This document shows, in pieces, positions 9,059-19,130 of a DNA stretch of 64,000 nucleotides; position 1 is the first letter of the stretch, and each line of letters begins with the position of its first letter. The notes below the pieces were generated by a model. It was not told the origin of the DNA, ran no database searches, and saw nothing but the letters and a program-made list of their open reading frames with translations. Both the position numbers and the translations under genes were made by a program. Source of the stretch: Omnitrophica WOR_2 bacterium GWF2_43_52 (GTDB taxonomy: Bacteria > Omnitrophota > Gorgyraeia > Gygaellales > UBA12090); NCBI GenBank assembly GCA_001805445.1, contig MHGF01000003.1, positions 248,429 to 312,428 on the forward strand. The letters run 5' to 3'.

Positions 9059-10126
9059 CTAAATCTCGCGTTGAGGCAAGTATTTTTTTAAATTCATCTT
9101 TTTTGTTGCCTGGAGAAACGCCTCTACCACACTTGGATCAAACTGGGTCCCTGCTTTGATTTTAATTTCTCTGAGCGCGTCAGGGATATTCATTCTTTCT
9201 TTATACGGCCTTCCGTATACCATAGCTTCAAAGGCATCAGCGACTGCCATGATCCTGGCGCCGATAGGGATTTGCCCTTTTTTTAGCCTTGAAGGATACC
9301 CTGTCCCGTCAAATTTTTCATGATGATAAAGAATAATAGGGATGACAGGCCTAAAGGCTTCCAGGTGCCGCAGGATTTGCACACCCTTAAAAGGATGCCC
9401 TCTGATAATACTCACCTCCTTTTCGGTGAGCTTCGTTGACTTCGTCAAAATTTCCAAAGGAATATCTACTTTTCCCGCATCGTGCAATAAACTCGCGAAT
9501 TTAAGGCTTTGAATTTTTCTCTCGTCGAGGTGCATCTGGTGGCCTATGGCGCAGACTAAACGGCTAAAATAAGGGCTATGGGTAAACGCGTTTGGGACAC
9601 GGGTATCAAAAAGAGTCACCAGGGATTTAATACTGCCAAAGATAATCTTCTGCTGTTCTTCATAGAGCTGCAAATTACGAATACCGATAACCGCCTGCTC
9701 CGCGACCGTCATTAGAATTTCCTGGTCATAGACGTCAAATGGCTTCTCATTCTTATTCCTGCGCAATACAAGGATACCGCATAAATCGTCAGCGATAAGC
9801 GGCACGGCGAGAAGATGGCCGTTGCGTATTACCGACGATTTGTGTATCACCTGCTTCTCTATGCCGCTTGCCTGGCGCAGCCCCTTACAGACTACAGACT
9901 TTGCGTTGGGCCTGGTAGCGCAGCGTAATACGATTTTAGCGTGGGAAGCATCCAAGATCGAGATGGTACAATGCTGGGCTTCCGATATTTGGCATACCAG
10001 GCGCGCCAGCCGGAAAATAAGATTCCTGAGATCATAGGTGGAGTTTATAAGCCGGTATACCGTATGAATCGCGGAGATAATCGACCTATACCTTTTCGTA
10101 AGGGGCAAAAAGTTTTTTGTACTCAT
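9059..10126 (-). CDS. GAF domain + HD-GYP c-di-GMP phosphodiesterase
   Basis: HDAGK ... HHEKFDGTGYP HD-GYP signature in the C-terminal half. The N-terminal half is GAF-like. Confidence 0.8.
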   Translation of the reverse strand: MSTKNFLPLTKRYRSIISAIHTVYRLINSTYDLRNLIFRLARLVCQISEAQHCTISILDASHAKIVLRCATRPNAKSVVCKGLRQASGIEKQVIHKSSVIRNGHLLAVPLIADDLCGILVLRRNKNEKPFDVYDQEILMTVAEQAVIGIRNLQLYEEQQKIIFGSIKSLVTLFDTRVPNAFTHSPYFSRLVCAIGHQMHLDERKIQSLKFASLLHDAGKVDIPLEILTKSTKLTEKEVSIIRGHPFKGVQILRHLEAFRPVIPIILYHHEKFDGTGYPSRLKKGQIPIGARIMAVADAFEAMVYGRPYKERMNIPDALREIKIKAGTQFDPSVVEAFLQATKKMNLKKYLPQREI

Positions 10127-11237
10127 CTAATGCGTACCTGTCAGTCATGGCCGCGATATAATCGCAAACCACCCTTCTGGGGTCTTCTCCCTGTTTAACG
10201 CGCAGCGATGGTTCAGGAGGAAGCTGTTGGGGATTATGCACGTATACTTCAAAAAGTTCCTTGATAAAACGCTTAGCCTTATGCGCCATGCGCACGACGC
10301 GGTAATTCTGGTAGAGATCCCGCATAAGAAAATCCTTTAAGGGAAGGCGCAACGCCTCCATCTCCTGGCTAAAGCCAACGAGCTTATACTTAAGATTACG
10401 GCAGCTCTCTGCCTTCCTTATCTTAGCCGCTTTGATTCTCTTTTGCGTTGCTTCAATTAAATCGGTTACCTGCCTGTCTATAAGCATCCTGATAATCTGA
10501 TACTTCTTAAGCTGCCCGTTAATCTTAGTATATCGTAACGACACCTGTTTATCAACAATATTCCAAAGCTTGATTTTTTTTAGATCTGCCTCGTGAATAA
10601 GCCCTGAGGTTAAGCCATCATCAATATCGTGGTTGCTATAAGCGATTTCATCGGCAATATCTACTACCTGAGTTTCTAAACTCGGCATCTGTCCTGGCTC
10701 TAAACCCTCCAGATGAACACCTTCATCATAAAAAGACGAATGTTTGGCGATTCCCTCTCTTACCTCCCAGCTTAAATTAAGGCCTGGGAATTCGGGGTAA
10801 TGTTCTTCTAAAACATCCACAATCCGTAAGCCCTGAAGGTTATGATTAAACCCTCCGTATTCCGACATAAGCTCATCTAAGGCCTCTTCTCCCGAATGGC
10901 CAAAAGGCGTATGGCCAAGGTCATGGGCAAGCGCCACAGCCTCAACAAGGTCACCATTAAGGCGAAGCCGATAGGCAATAGTCCGGGCAATCTGGGAAAC
11001 CTCCAAGGTATGGGTAAGGCGCGTGCGGTAATAATCGCCCTCGTGATTGACAAAAACCTGGGTTTTGTATTCTAATCTACGAAATGCCGCCGCATGGATA
11101 ATCCTGTCCCGGTCGCGCTGGTAACAACTGCGATACTCGTGCTCTTTTTCCTTATACATTCTGCCTTTACTCAGGCAGCTTTTCATGGCATAAGGAGCCA
11201 ACAGAATATCCTCAAATTTTTTTATGTAATTGCGCAT
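10086..11237 (-). CDS. dgt: dGTP triphosphohydrolase-like protein
   Basis: RTRLTHTLEVSQIAR ... AHDLGHTPFGH HD motifs characteristic of the Dgt family. Confidence 0.8.
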   Translation of the reverse strand: MRNYIKKFEDILLAPYAMKSCLSKGRMYKEKEHEYRSCYQRDRDRIIHAAAFRRLEYKTQVFVNHEGDYYRTRLTHTLEVSQIARTIAYRLRLNGDLVEAVALAHDLGHTPFGHSGEEALDELMSEYGGFNHNLQGLRIVDVLEEHYPEFPGLNLSWEVREGIAKHSSFYDEGVHLEGLEPGQMPSLETQVVDIADEIAYSNHDIDDGLTSGLIHEADLKKIKLWNIVDKQVSLRYTKINGQLKKYQIIRMLIDRQVTDLIEATQKRIKAAKIRKAESCRNLKYKLVGFSQEMEALRLPLKDFLMRDLYQNYRVVRMAHKAKRFIKELFEVYVHNPQQLPPEPSLRVKQGEDPRRVVCDYIAAMTDRYALDEYKKLFAPYEKV

Positions 11238-11688
11238 AGAGTTGCTCCAACGACTGTGAAATCACCTTGGTGCCGCTTACCACCGGCATAAAATTGGTAT
11301 CTTCCTTCCAACGGGGAACGATATGCACATGGATATGAGAAGGAATTCCCGCTCCGGCAACCGCGCCGCTGTTAATCCCAATGTTAAACCCGCCTGGTTT
11401 TAACAGCTCTTTAAGCAGGCCTTGCATTTTATTCAACACCGAAAATAAATCCAGTATTTCATCACTACGCAGTTTTCCTAAATCCTTTATATGCCGGTAA
11501 GGGGCAATCATCAGATGGCCGTTATTATAAGGGAATTTATTAAGCATGCTAAACACGTGGCGGGAACGAAAAAGCAGGAGATTTTTCCGATCATTTCTCT
11601 CTTCCCTAACCCGGCAAAAAAGGCATCCTTTTTGCTTTTTCGCGTTACTGATATACTGCATCCGCCATGGCGCCCAAAGTTTATCCAT
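11212..11688 (-). CDS. HIT family hydrolase
   Basis: Histidine triad HIHVHIVPR. Confidence 0.8.
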   Translation of the reverse strand: MDKLWAPWRMQYISNAKKQKGCLFCRVREERNDRKNLLLFRSRHVFSMLNKFPYNNGHLMIAPYRHIKDLGKLRSDEILDLFSVLNKMQGLLKELLKPGGFNIGINSGAVAGAGIPSHIHVHIVPRWKEDTNFMPVVSGTKVISQSLEQLYAQLHKKI

Positions 11689-11692
11689 CTTT

Positions 11693-12184
11693 TTATACCT
11701 TTATTATCTGCGCGTGTATCCCGCCGTTTATGGTAATCACCCCATAGGAGTTAATTAAGCTAAAAACCTTATCCGTAGGGCTTCCGGGGTTTAAAAATAG
11801 TATGCCGTTCTTGGTTATATTTAAAGCATGGTGCGAATGGCCGAACACGACAACCTGCGGCTTTTCTTTCGTAAATTCTTTTTCCATTAAACTAAAGACC
11901 CCTTGATGGCTTCCCCAACCATGCATTAAACCGATGGTTACGTTATCAATAGTAATCAACTCTCTCGCAGGAAGAAGATTCTTAAGCCTGGGTTCGTCCA
12001 TGTTCCCCTGCACTGCCTTGAGCTTAGGGAATTTCTTCTTTAATTTCATAAAAAAGTCAAAAGAAGTAATATCTCCGGCGTGGAGGGCAAGATCGCAAGA
12101 AGCTAAATCCTCATATACTTTTTTCGGCAAATCATCCGCGCGTTCCGGAATATGGGTGTCGGATAAAACGAGTATCTTCGTCAT
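11693..12184 (-). CDS. metallophosphoesterase (YfcE/MJ0936 family)
   Basis: LSDTH ... GHSH metal-binding motifs, 163 aa. Confidence 0.75.
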   Translation of the reverse strand: MTKILVLSDTHIPERADDLPKKVYEDLASCDLALHAGDITSFDFFMKLKKKFPKLKAVQGNMDEPRLKNLLPARELITIDNVTIGLMHGWGSHQGVFSLMEKEFTKEKPQVVVFGHSHHALNITKNGILFLNPGSPTDKVFSLINSYGVITINGGIHAQIIKV

Positions 12185-12196
12185 AGTTGCCGCCGC

Positions 12197-13810
12197 TTAA
12201 CGCACAATCCTTGGCCTATCATACATATCAAGGAGTGAATTGACACATGCCATATCCCAGGTAGCAATCTTCGCCTCTTTAGCGATGAGGCGGGCATTCG
12301 CGTCTATGTCATCAAAAGCAATAAATATCCTCTTCTGGGATTTGGCGTATTTAAATCTCTTGCAGGCATTGACAAAATCAATGATATCTTCCTCTGAAAC
12401 TCTCTCCTCCTTAAATCCCGCGATCCAAAGGTTCGAAGGAGCCCTCGCGAGGATTCCTTCCTTTAATTTTTTGCCGTTTATTTTCAGCAATTTCACCTCT
12501 TTGAAATGGTTAAGACGGACGCGCTTATGGTGAATTTCAACTGCTTCATTACTAAACCGGCTAAAGAGTTCCATGAGGCGTTCTGAAATAGCTTTGTCTT
12601 GGGCATCGCAAAACTCCAGAAAAAGCCTTTTGACTTCTTTTCTGAATATTTCTGTTTGCTTATCAGAATCTGCCGAGAAATTATGCAACTGATGGGCATA
12701 AACGCTTTGAAGCCAGAAGGAAAAAAACTTATCAATGAGGCAATAGTGATCGCTATTTTTAACCACTAACTCCATAGCGCAAAGCCTCTCCAGCAATACT
12801 GCTGCCTCCTTTTTCGTTTTTCCTGTCGTATGAGCAATATGCGTAATCCGTTTCATTCCAAGGCATAGCTCCAGCAGTATTGTGGTACAGAGCGCGTTGC
12901 CAAGCTGCTTAGTGACGCAATCGATAACACCGCTAAAATGCTTATTAACAATACCCCAGGGATCAAGCAGTATATTTTTTAAGGATGCGGTACAGGTGTC
13001 GATGCTCGGGGCAACCGAAGCGTTTTTCGTATGATAATCGGCAAAGGCTGTAGCTACCGCGTTTAGATAAAAGGGCTTTCCGGCAGTAAGGCTTACAATA
13101 AAATCGATAAGAGCAGTGCTGACGGGGAAATCCTTTAGTTTTTCGCATACAAAGGTATGGGAGGCCTTGGCGTCAAACGGCGCAAGCTCAATTTTCTCAA
13201 AGTTGCCGAATAAGAGCGCGAGTTCAGAAGAAAGGATTTCCTGCGCCCGAAGTTTCTTCGAGCTTAATAAAACATACATCGTGTTTTTCCCAAACATAAT
13301 CCTTTCCCGCCACTCTTTATAGAGGCCTTTAGGCTTAAGGCCGTCAAATTGATGGAATTCGTCAAAGATAATAATACAGCGTTTCCCGCTTTCAAGGAAA
13401 AACAGCTCGGGAAGCTCTAAAAGTTTTGTAAAGACGCTCTCGGCCTTCTTACTCTTCCTTGCGGAAAGTATTTCTTTAGCCGCCGCGATTGTTTTTGGAA
13501 TATACTTCTGCGCGTGTTCCATCAGGAAACCAATATCCTCCTGCAAGGGAATTTGGCTATTCTTTAAGAATGCGAATAGAAACCTCCCGATAAACTGCTC
13601 CGAGAAAAGATTTATCTCCAGAGCTTTGACTTCAAGATACACAGCGACAATAAGATTGTTATGATAGCGTGACAACCAGGAGTGGATAAGCGAGGTCTTT
13701 CCAATCAGTTCTTCGCCGAGTATCGCTACGTTTTGCCGGTAGCCGTGGCTTAAACCGTCGGCACGCTTATCTAACAACTTAAGGACATTATCTCTTGCGC
13801 AAAATTCCAT
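12197..13810 (-). CDS. P-loop ATPase (archaeal-type ATPase / AAA-like), function unknown
   Basis: GEELIGKTSL P-loop and a downstream hhhhDEF Walker B-like motif (IIFDEFH). Start set at the internal MEFCAR Met so that it does not run into the upstream lipoprotein gene. Confidence 0.4.
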   Translation of the reverse strand: MEFCARDNVLKLLDKRADGLSHGYRQNVAILGEELIGKTSLIHSWLSRYHNNLIVAVYLEVKALEINLFSEQFIGRFLFAFLKNSQIPLQEDIGFLMEHAQKYIPKTIAAAKEILSARKSKKAESVFTKLLELPELFFLESGKRCIIIFDEFHQFDGLKPKGLYKEWRERIMFGKNTMYVLLSSKKLRAQEILSSELALLFGNFEKIELAPFDAKASHTFVCEKLKDFPVSTALIDFIVSLTAGKPFYLNAVATAFADYHTKNASVAPSIDTCTASLKNILLDPWGIVNKHFSGVIDCVTKQLGNALCTTILLELCLGMKRITHIAHTTGKTKKEAAVLLERLCAMELVVKNSDHYCLIDKFFSFWLQSVYAHQLHNFSADSDKQTEIFRKEVKRLFLEFCDAQDKAISERLMELFSRFSNEAVEIHHKRVRLNHFKEVKLLKINGKKLKEGILARAPSNLWIAGFKEERVSEEDIIDFVNACKRFKYAKSQKRIFIAFDDIDANARLIAKEAKIATWDMACVNSLLDMYDRPRIVR

Positions 13811-13814
13811 AGTT

Positions 13815-14507
13815 TTAACGTGGTAGATAAAAATAAGGGTTTTGGGGAAGATGGCCTTTGCGTATCTCAAAATGCACCAGGCCACCAGCACTGCGGGCAA
13901 TGGGTGAACCCTGGCTGATGCGTTCCCCAGGACTAACCAGTATATGCGATAATAATGCGTATACGGTCATGAGCCCGCCTTCATGAGAAATAATCACCGT
14001 CTTGCCGTAGCCTTTAAGCTTATCCGTAGTAAAAACAACCATTCCTGAATGAGCAGCGAGCACTGCCGCGTTAGAAAAAGCGCGTATGGTAACACCCTTA
14101 TTAACGACATTGCTGGTTTTATCCCCAAATCCTGAAATTACCTTACCTTTACTTGGCCAGATGAAATCCCTGGTGCTTGTGGCCCGATACGAAACAGCTT
14201 CAGGCTTTTTTCCGCGAGGAATAAAAAGCGTCTGCCCTTGCAGTATTTGTGTCGAGTCGGTAATTCTATTACTGCTAATAATTTCATCAAGGTCTATACC
14301 GTAGATTTTCGAAATCCGCCACAGTGTCTGACCCTTCTCTACTTTATGGTATACCCCGGCGGGCACAGAAGTCATAGCTAAAGGCGCGATACGTGGCACC
14401 TGTTGCTTCTGTATCTGGAGAGGAGGAGAAGTAACCGTTGTCGCGCAGCCGGCCATTATGGAGGGAATGAAGAAAACCAAAAATAAGCTATTAAAATTCT
14501 TTTCCAT
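13815..14507 (-). CDS. LysM + M23 peptidase lipoprotein (NlpD-like)
   Basis: Lipobox MAGC, LysM (YHKVEKGQTLWRISKIYG), and a C-terminal M23 region ending LVHFEIRKG. Confidence 0.8.
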   Translation of the reverse strand: MEKNFNSLFLVFFIPSIMAGCATTVTSPPLQIQKQQVPRIAPLAMTSVPAGVYHKVEKGQTLWRISKIYGIDLDEIISSNRITDSTQILQGQTLFIPRGKKPEAVSYRATSTRDFIWPSKGKVISGFGDKTSNVVNKGVTIRAFSNAAVLAAHSGMVVFTTDKLKGYGKTVIISHEGGLMTVYALLSHILVSPGERISQGSPIARSAGGLVHFEIRKGHLPQNPYFYLPR

Positions 14508-14526
14508 TATCTATAGTGCAATAGTA

Positions 14527-14597
14527 AGCGGGCGATGGGAATTGAACCCACCTATCCAGCTTGGGAAGCTGGTGTTCTACCGATGAACTACGCCCGC
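14527..14597 (-). tRNA. tRNA-Gly (anticodon CCC)
   Basis: Manual fold gives acceptor GCGGGCG/CGCCCGC, D-stem GTTC/GAAC, anticodon stem CCAGC/GCTGG with loop TTCCCAA, T-stem GTGGG/CCCAT with loop TTCAATT. No encoded CCA. Confidence 0.85.
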
Positions 14598-14652
14598 AAT
14601 TTTTACGAGTAGTAAGTATCCTTACTACTATCTACTTTCTACTTTCTACTTC

Positions 14653-15939
14653 CTACTCTATTTTTAGACATTCTTCAATAAGTTTTATTGAGCAATAATC
14701 ACTACACATAGTGCACACATCAACAAGCTGTGGTTTTGAAACCACCCGGTATTCCCTTGCCCTCTCTGGATCTATCGATAAGGCAAATTGATCATCCCAG
14801 TTGCGTTTTTTACGGGCAAGCGACATTTTCCTATCCCAGTCCAAAGCTCCTTTAACGCCTTTGACAATATCCGCGCTATGGGCCGCGATACGCGAAGCAA
14901 TAACCCCCTCCTTGATATCTTCAACCGAAGGATGCCTCAGATGTTCAGCGGGAGTGACCACACACAGGAAATCAGCGCCAAAACTTGCGGCCAATGCCCC
15001 GCCAATCGCGCCAGAGATATGGTCACGCGTTGAAGCAACATCGGTCACCAGAGGCCCTAACACATAAAAAGGCGCGTTATCGCACAAATCTTTTTCTAAC
15101 ATGATATTTTTCTTGATTTGGTCCAGCGGCACATGGCCAGGCCCCTCGATCATAACCTGAACCTTTCTTTCCCGTGATCTACGGGCTAATTTTCCCAAGA
15201 GCCTTAATTCACTTATCTGCGCCTTATCAGTAGCATCCAGGATGGATCCCGGCCTTAGCCCGTCTCCTAAGCTCAAGGTAACATCATAGCGATAGGCGAT
15301 ATCCAAAATTGTATCAAAATTCTCATAGAGCGGATTTTCTTCTTTATGGTGCGCCATCCAACTCGTCAGGATTGCTCCTCCCCGGCTTACAATATCCATA
15401 ACACGCTTATGCTTCTTCACCATGGCAACAGTTGCCAGAGTCACTCCCGAGTGGATCGTTATGAAGTCAACGCCATCCTTAGCCTGCTCCTCAATAACCT
15501 CAAGCATATCCTGGGCGGTCATTTTAAGAAAAGATCCCTTGGCTTTACTTGCTGCCTGGGCTGCTTGATAAATAGGCACCGTGCCTACAGGGACACTCGA
15601 TTGAGCGAGTATTGCTTTTCGGATCGCTGTGATATCACCCGCGATACTTAAATCCATCACAGTATCCGTCCCACATTTGATTGAAGCCGCTAATTTCTTC
15701 AATTCATCGCTGGTATCCGCTTCATCGGCTGAGGTTCCGATATTCGCGTTAATTTTAGTCCGTAACCCCTCACCTATCGCGCAGGGTTTCGATTTTACGT
15801 GCCGGGTATTATCCGTAATAACGATCCTTCCGGAAGCAATCCTGTCTTTCAAAAACTTCAGGCTTACGTTTTCTTCTTTTGCCAGAGCCTTCATTACGCC
15901 AGAAGTTTTATTATTGCACGCTAATTCCAATTGCGTCAT
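14653..15939 (-). CDS. thiC: phosphomethylpyrimidine synthase
   Basis: Full-length ThiC similarity including the C-terminal CTMCSDYCS Fe-S motif. Start placed at Met18 directly after the thiE stop. The ORF track allows an earlier start at 15990. Confidence 0.9.
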   Translation of the reverse strand: MTQLELACNNKTSGVMKALAKEENVSLKFLKDRIASGRIVITDNTRHVKSKPCAIGEGLRTKINANIGTSADEADTSDELKKLAASIKCGTDTVMDLSIAGDITAIRKAILAQSSVPVGTVPIYQAAQAASKAKGSFLKMTAQDMLEVIEEQAKDGVDFITIHSGVTLATVAMVKKHKRVMDIVSRGGAILTSWMAHHKEENPLYENFDTILDIAYRYDVTLSLGDGLRPGSILDATDKAQISELRLLGKLARRSRERKVQVMIEGPGHVPLDQIKKNIMLEKDLCDNAPFYVLGPLVTDVASTRDHISGAIGGALAASFGADFLCVVTPAEHLRHPSVEDIKEGVIASRIAAHSADIVKGVKGALDWDRKMSLARKKRNWDDQFALSIDPERAREYRVVSKPQLVDVCTMCSDYCSIKLIEECLKIE

Positions 15940-16565
15940 AGGTAACACCCCAATTCCTTTAGTGCCTGCACGGTATTCCTTGCCCCGCATAGTGCCCTTA
16001 CCACGGCACTATATCGTGCTCCGGTTTTTCGCACAAGGCTTATAGTATCTTTGTTAATACCGCCTATCGCAACTATTGGTATTTGAATACAACCTTGAAC
16101 TTTCCGTAACAGTTTCAAGCCAACCGCTTTATAATCAGGTTTCGTTGGAGTACTGAAAATCGGCCCGATACTGATATAATCCGCGCCCTCTTCCTCTGCC
16201 GAAATGGCTTGTTTGAGGCTGTGGCAGGACTTCCCGATAATCGCCTCTGATCCTAAAAGCCCGCGCGCCGGCTTGATTGGTATATCATCCTGGCCCAGAT
16301 GAAGGCCGTCAGCTGCTACAAGCTTAGCAATATCCGCGCGGTCATTAATGATAAATAATGCTTCCCTTCCAATGATTTTTCTTAACATCAGGGCATCGCT
16401 ATAAAATCTGCTTATATTTTCTGTTTTATCCCTGAGCTGAATTATTTTTACGCCTCCCTTGATACAGCCGCGCGCAATTGACGTAAGTGTTTTTCTGGCA
16501 CAAACCTCGCGGTCAATTACCGCGTACACACTAGAGCTTGGAATGCGTTTTCTTTTCGATTTCAT
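15936..16565 (-). CDS. thiE: thiamine-phosphate synthase
   Basis: VYAVIDREV ... IIQLRDK ... TIM-barrel ThiE motifs. Start uncertain because the ORF extends to 16634 in a frame overlapping the upstream gene. Confidence 0.8.
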   Translation of the reverse strand: MKSKRKRIPSSSVYAVIDREVCARKTLTSIARGCIKGGVKIIQLRDKTENISRFYSDALMLRKIIGREALFIINDRADIAKLVAADGLHLGQDDIPIKPARGLLGSEAIIGKSCHSLKQAISAEEEGADYISIGPIFSTPTKPDYKAVGLKLLRKVQGCIQIPIVAIGGINKDTISLVRKTGARYSAVVRALCGARNTVQALKELGCYL

Positions 16566-16944
16566 AGAGTCGGTAACGAATATCCTTGAAGAGGCGCGCG
16601 ATTGCCTTGTTGTTAAGCTTGGCGCATTCCTCAAGAACCCTCACGGATTCTTTTGAGCGCTGGATATTGGCATAGAAAATATCTTTATAATCAAGCCTTG
16701 TAAGTTCAGCTCGTGCCGAAGGCTTCCCCACGTCATTTTGGCTATTACGAGAATCTAAGAGAGCATGCTTTTGAATATGCCACTTTTTCATTGTTGCTAC
16801 TATGGTGTGACGGGTATATTTAAACGAAGCTGTCAATAGCCTCGCGGAAAGCACAAACCGCGTAATTTCCTCGCACACGCGTATGCCCTCTAGTACCCGG
16901 TTATAATTCGCGTCAATAATACGTAAAATACCTTTATCCATCAC
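16531..16944 (-). CDS. ThiE-associated N-terminal domain protein (long-form ThiE N-domain-like)
   Basis: ILRIIDANYNRVLEGIRVCEEITRF resembles the N-terminal extension found in long-form thiamine-phosphate synthases. It overlaps the thiE ORF in another frame. Confidence 0.4.
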   Translation of the reverse strand: MMDKGILRIIDANYNRVLEGIRVCEEITRFVLSARLLTASFKYTRHTIVATMKKWHIQKHALLDSRNSQNDVGKPSARAELTRLDYKDIFYANIQRSKESVRVLEECAKLNNKAIARLFKDIRYRLYEIEKKTHSKL

Positions 16945-17425
16945 GCATTTTTTTTATAATACCCGTCGTAGAATACCCTTTGAGGTACGCTATGGTAACG
17001 GCCTTTCCTCCCCGCGCTTTTACAAAATCACTGCCGACGATATCGCTTACTTTCCAATCTCCTCCCTTAATTAAAACATCGGGCTTAATAAGCTTAATCA
17101 GCCGTAGCGGCGTTTCTTCGCTAAAGACGGTTACATAGTCTACACATGTCAGCGCCCCAAGCACCCGCGCGCGGGCAAACTCTGGATTAAGAGGCCGTTG
17201 GCTGCCCTTGATATTTCTTACCGAGGAATCGCTGTTAAGCCCTACCACCAGGATATCCGCTAAGCGCTTTGCCGCTTCAAGATACATAACATGGCCGTAG
17301 TGCAGGATATCAAAACACCCGTTCGTAAATGCTATTTTTTTATTATCTTTTCTAAGCGCCAGAGCGATTGCCTTAATCTGGCGTTGCGTCTTGACCTTAG
17401 ATTCTGATATTTTTGATCGTGCCAT
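16934..17425 (-). CDS. rfaE2: D-beta-D-heptose 1-phosphate adenylyltransferase (RfaE domain II)
   Basis: Cytidylyltransferase motif FTNGCFDILHYGH and RfaE domain II similarity. Confidence 0.8.
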   Translation of the reverse strand: MARSKISESKVKTQRQIKAIALALRKDNKKIAFTNGCFDILHYGHVMYLEAAKRLADILVVGLNSDSSVRNIKGSQRPLNPEFARARVLGALTCVDYVTVFSEETPLRLIKLIKPDVLIKGGDWKVSDIVGSDFVKARGGKAVTIAYLKGYSTTGIIKKMRDG

Positions 17426-17449
17426 CTCTAAAAAAAATACCTTCTCCTT

Positions 17450-18022
17450 CTATTTTAATAACTCAGTCTCAACCATCTCGCAAATAATATGGGCGATAGT
17501 AATATGGGCTTCCTGTATCCGCGCGGTAACACTTGAGGGCATAAGAAGGCAGATATCCGCCGAGCGTGCCAATTCACCGCCTGTGCCTCCGGAGAGGCAG
17601 ATAGTCTTTAACCCCATTTCCTTTGCTTTCTTTATGGCTAACAACACATTCTTAGCTTTTCCACTGGTAGAAATACCTATGGCAATATCCTGCGGTTTTG
17701 CCAAGGCCTCCATTTGCCTCGCAAATACTATTTCATAGCCGTAATCGTTACTTAATGCGGTAAGCACCGAGGTGTTGGTGTTTAAGCACAGTGCCGGAAG
17801 CGCCTGCCGTTCCAGCTGAAACCTGCCGATAAACTCAGCGGCAATATGCTGGGCGTCAGCAGCTGAGCCGCCGTTACCAAAAATGAGCACCTTTCCCCCA
17901 GCTTTAAAAGAAGAAATTATCAATTTGGCGGCCTTAATGATATTCTCAATCTGCGTCTGGAGAATCTGCTCCTTAATATGAATGGCATCATTAATGATAT
18001 CGATAATTTTCTCACGCATCAT
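17450..18022 (-). CDS. gmhA: phosphoheptose isomerase (SIS domain)
   Basis: VLIFGNGGSAADAQH SIS motif, 190 aa. Confidence 0.85.
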   Translation of the reverse strand: MMREKIIDIINDAIHIKEQILQTQIENIIKAAKLIISSFKAGGKVLIFGNGGSAADAQHIAAEFIGRFQLERQALPALCLNTNTSVLTALSNDYGYEIVFARQMEALAKPQDIAIGISTSGKAKNVLLAIKKAKEMGLKTICLSGGTGGELARSADICLLMPSSVTARIQEAHITIAHIICEMVETELLK

Positions 18023-18046
18023 ATCACCTCTTCTTATGATAGGCTA

Positions 18047-19078
18047 TTAGCCAAAGAATACCTTGGCTAACTCATAATACTCCGTATCAACTGTTTTCAA
18101 TTTCCCGGTTGCCGCTTCTAGGGGCACGTCAATAATCGTACCCCCCGAAAGCGCAACCATGCGCCCAAATTTCTTTTGCAACACCAATTCTACGGCCTTA
18201 ACGCCGAAGCGGGTACCTAAAACCCTGTCAAAGGCGCTCGGGCTTCCTCCCCGCTGGATATGTCCCAGGACGGAAACCCTGGTTTCATAACCGGTTTGTT
18301 TTTCAATTTCGCGGGCAAGCAACTCGCCAATACCGCCTAAACGCACATGGCCAAATTCATCGAGTTTCTGTTCCTGAAGCACATGGCTGCTTTTTTTGAA
18401 CTGCGCGCCTTCGGCAACCACGACAATACTAAAGGTTTTTCCCCGGGAATGCCGTTTTTTAATTAAGCCGCAGACCTCATCAATATCAATAGGGATTTCC
18501 GGAATCAGAATAACATCCGCTCCTCCGGCAATACCTGCCTCAAGAGCAATCCAGCCGGCATGCCTGCCCATTACCTCTGCGACAATGATACGATGATGGC
18601 TCTCCGCGGTCGTATGGAGGCGGTCTATACACTCAGTGGCAATATTGATGGCAGTATCAAATCCAAAGGTATAGTCAGTCGCGGAGAGGTCATTATCTAT
18701 TGTTTTGGGAACACCAACCACGTTAATCTTCTCTGCGACTAATTTTGTCGCTACTCCCAAAGTATCTTCACCGCCTACAGCGACCAAGGCGTCAAGGCCT
18801 AAGGATTTATAATGCGTAACGACCTTTTGAACCGCGCCTTCCTTCTTATAGGGATTAGTCCTGCTGGTGCCTAAAATTGTTCCCCCTTTTGGCAGTATGC
18901 CGGAAATAGAATCCAAGGTTAAGGCCATCGTATCTTTTTCAATCAAGCCCTTCCAGCCGTTTTTTATACCAACGACTTCATAGCCTTCATTGATTGCCTT
19001 GCGAACTACCGCCCGAATAACAGCATTCAATCCTGGACAATCGCCACCGCCAGTTAAAATACCTATTTTTGAAGCCAT
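18047..19078 (-). CDS. pfkA: 6-phosphofructokinase (ATP- or PPi-dependent)
   Basis: IGILTGGGDCPGLNAVIR N-terminal PFK signature, 343 aa. Confidence 0.85.
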   Translation of the reverse strand: MASKIGILTGGGDCPGLNAVIRAVVRKAINEGYEVVGIKNGWKGLIEKDTMALTLDSISGILPKGGTILGTSRTNPYKKEGAVQKVVTHYKSLGLDALVAVGGEDTLGVATKLVAEKINVVGVPKTIDNDLSATDYTFGFDTAINIATECIDRLHTTAESHHRIIVAEVMGRHAGWIALEAGIAGGADVILIPEIPIDIDEVCGLIKKRHSRGKTFSIVVVAEGAQFKKSSHVLQEQKLDEFGHVRLGGIGELLAREIEKQTGYETRVSVLGHIQRGGSPSAFDRVLGTRFGVKAVELVLQKKFGRMVALSGGTIIDVPLEAATGKLKTVDTEYYELAKVFFG

Positions 19079-19130
19079 TTTAATATATCTCCTCGTATAA
19101 TTTGTGTAAACACACTCGCTAAATGCGGGG

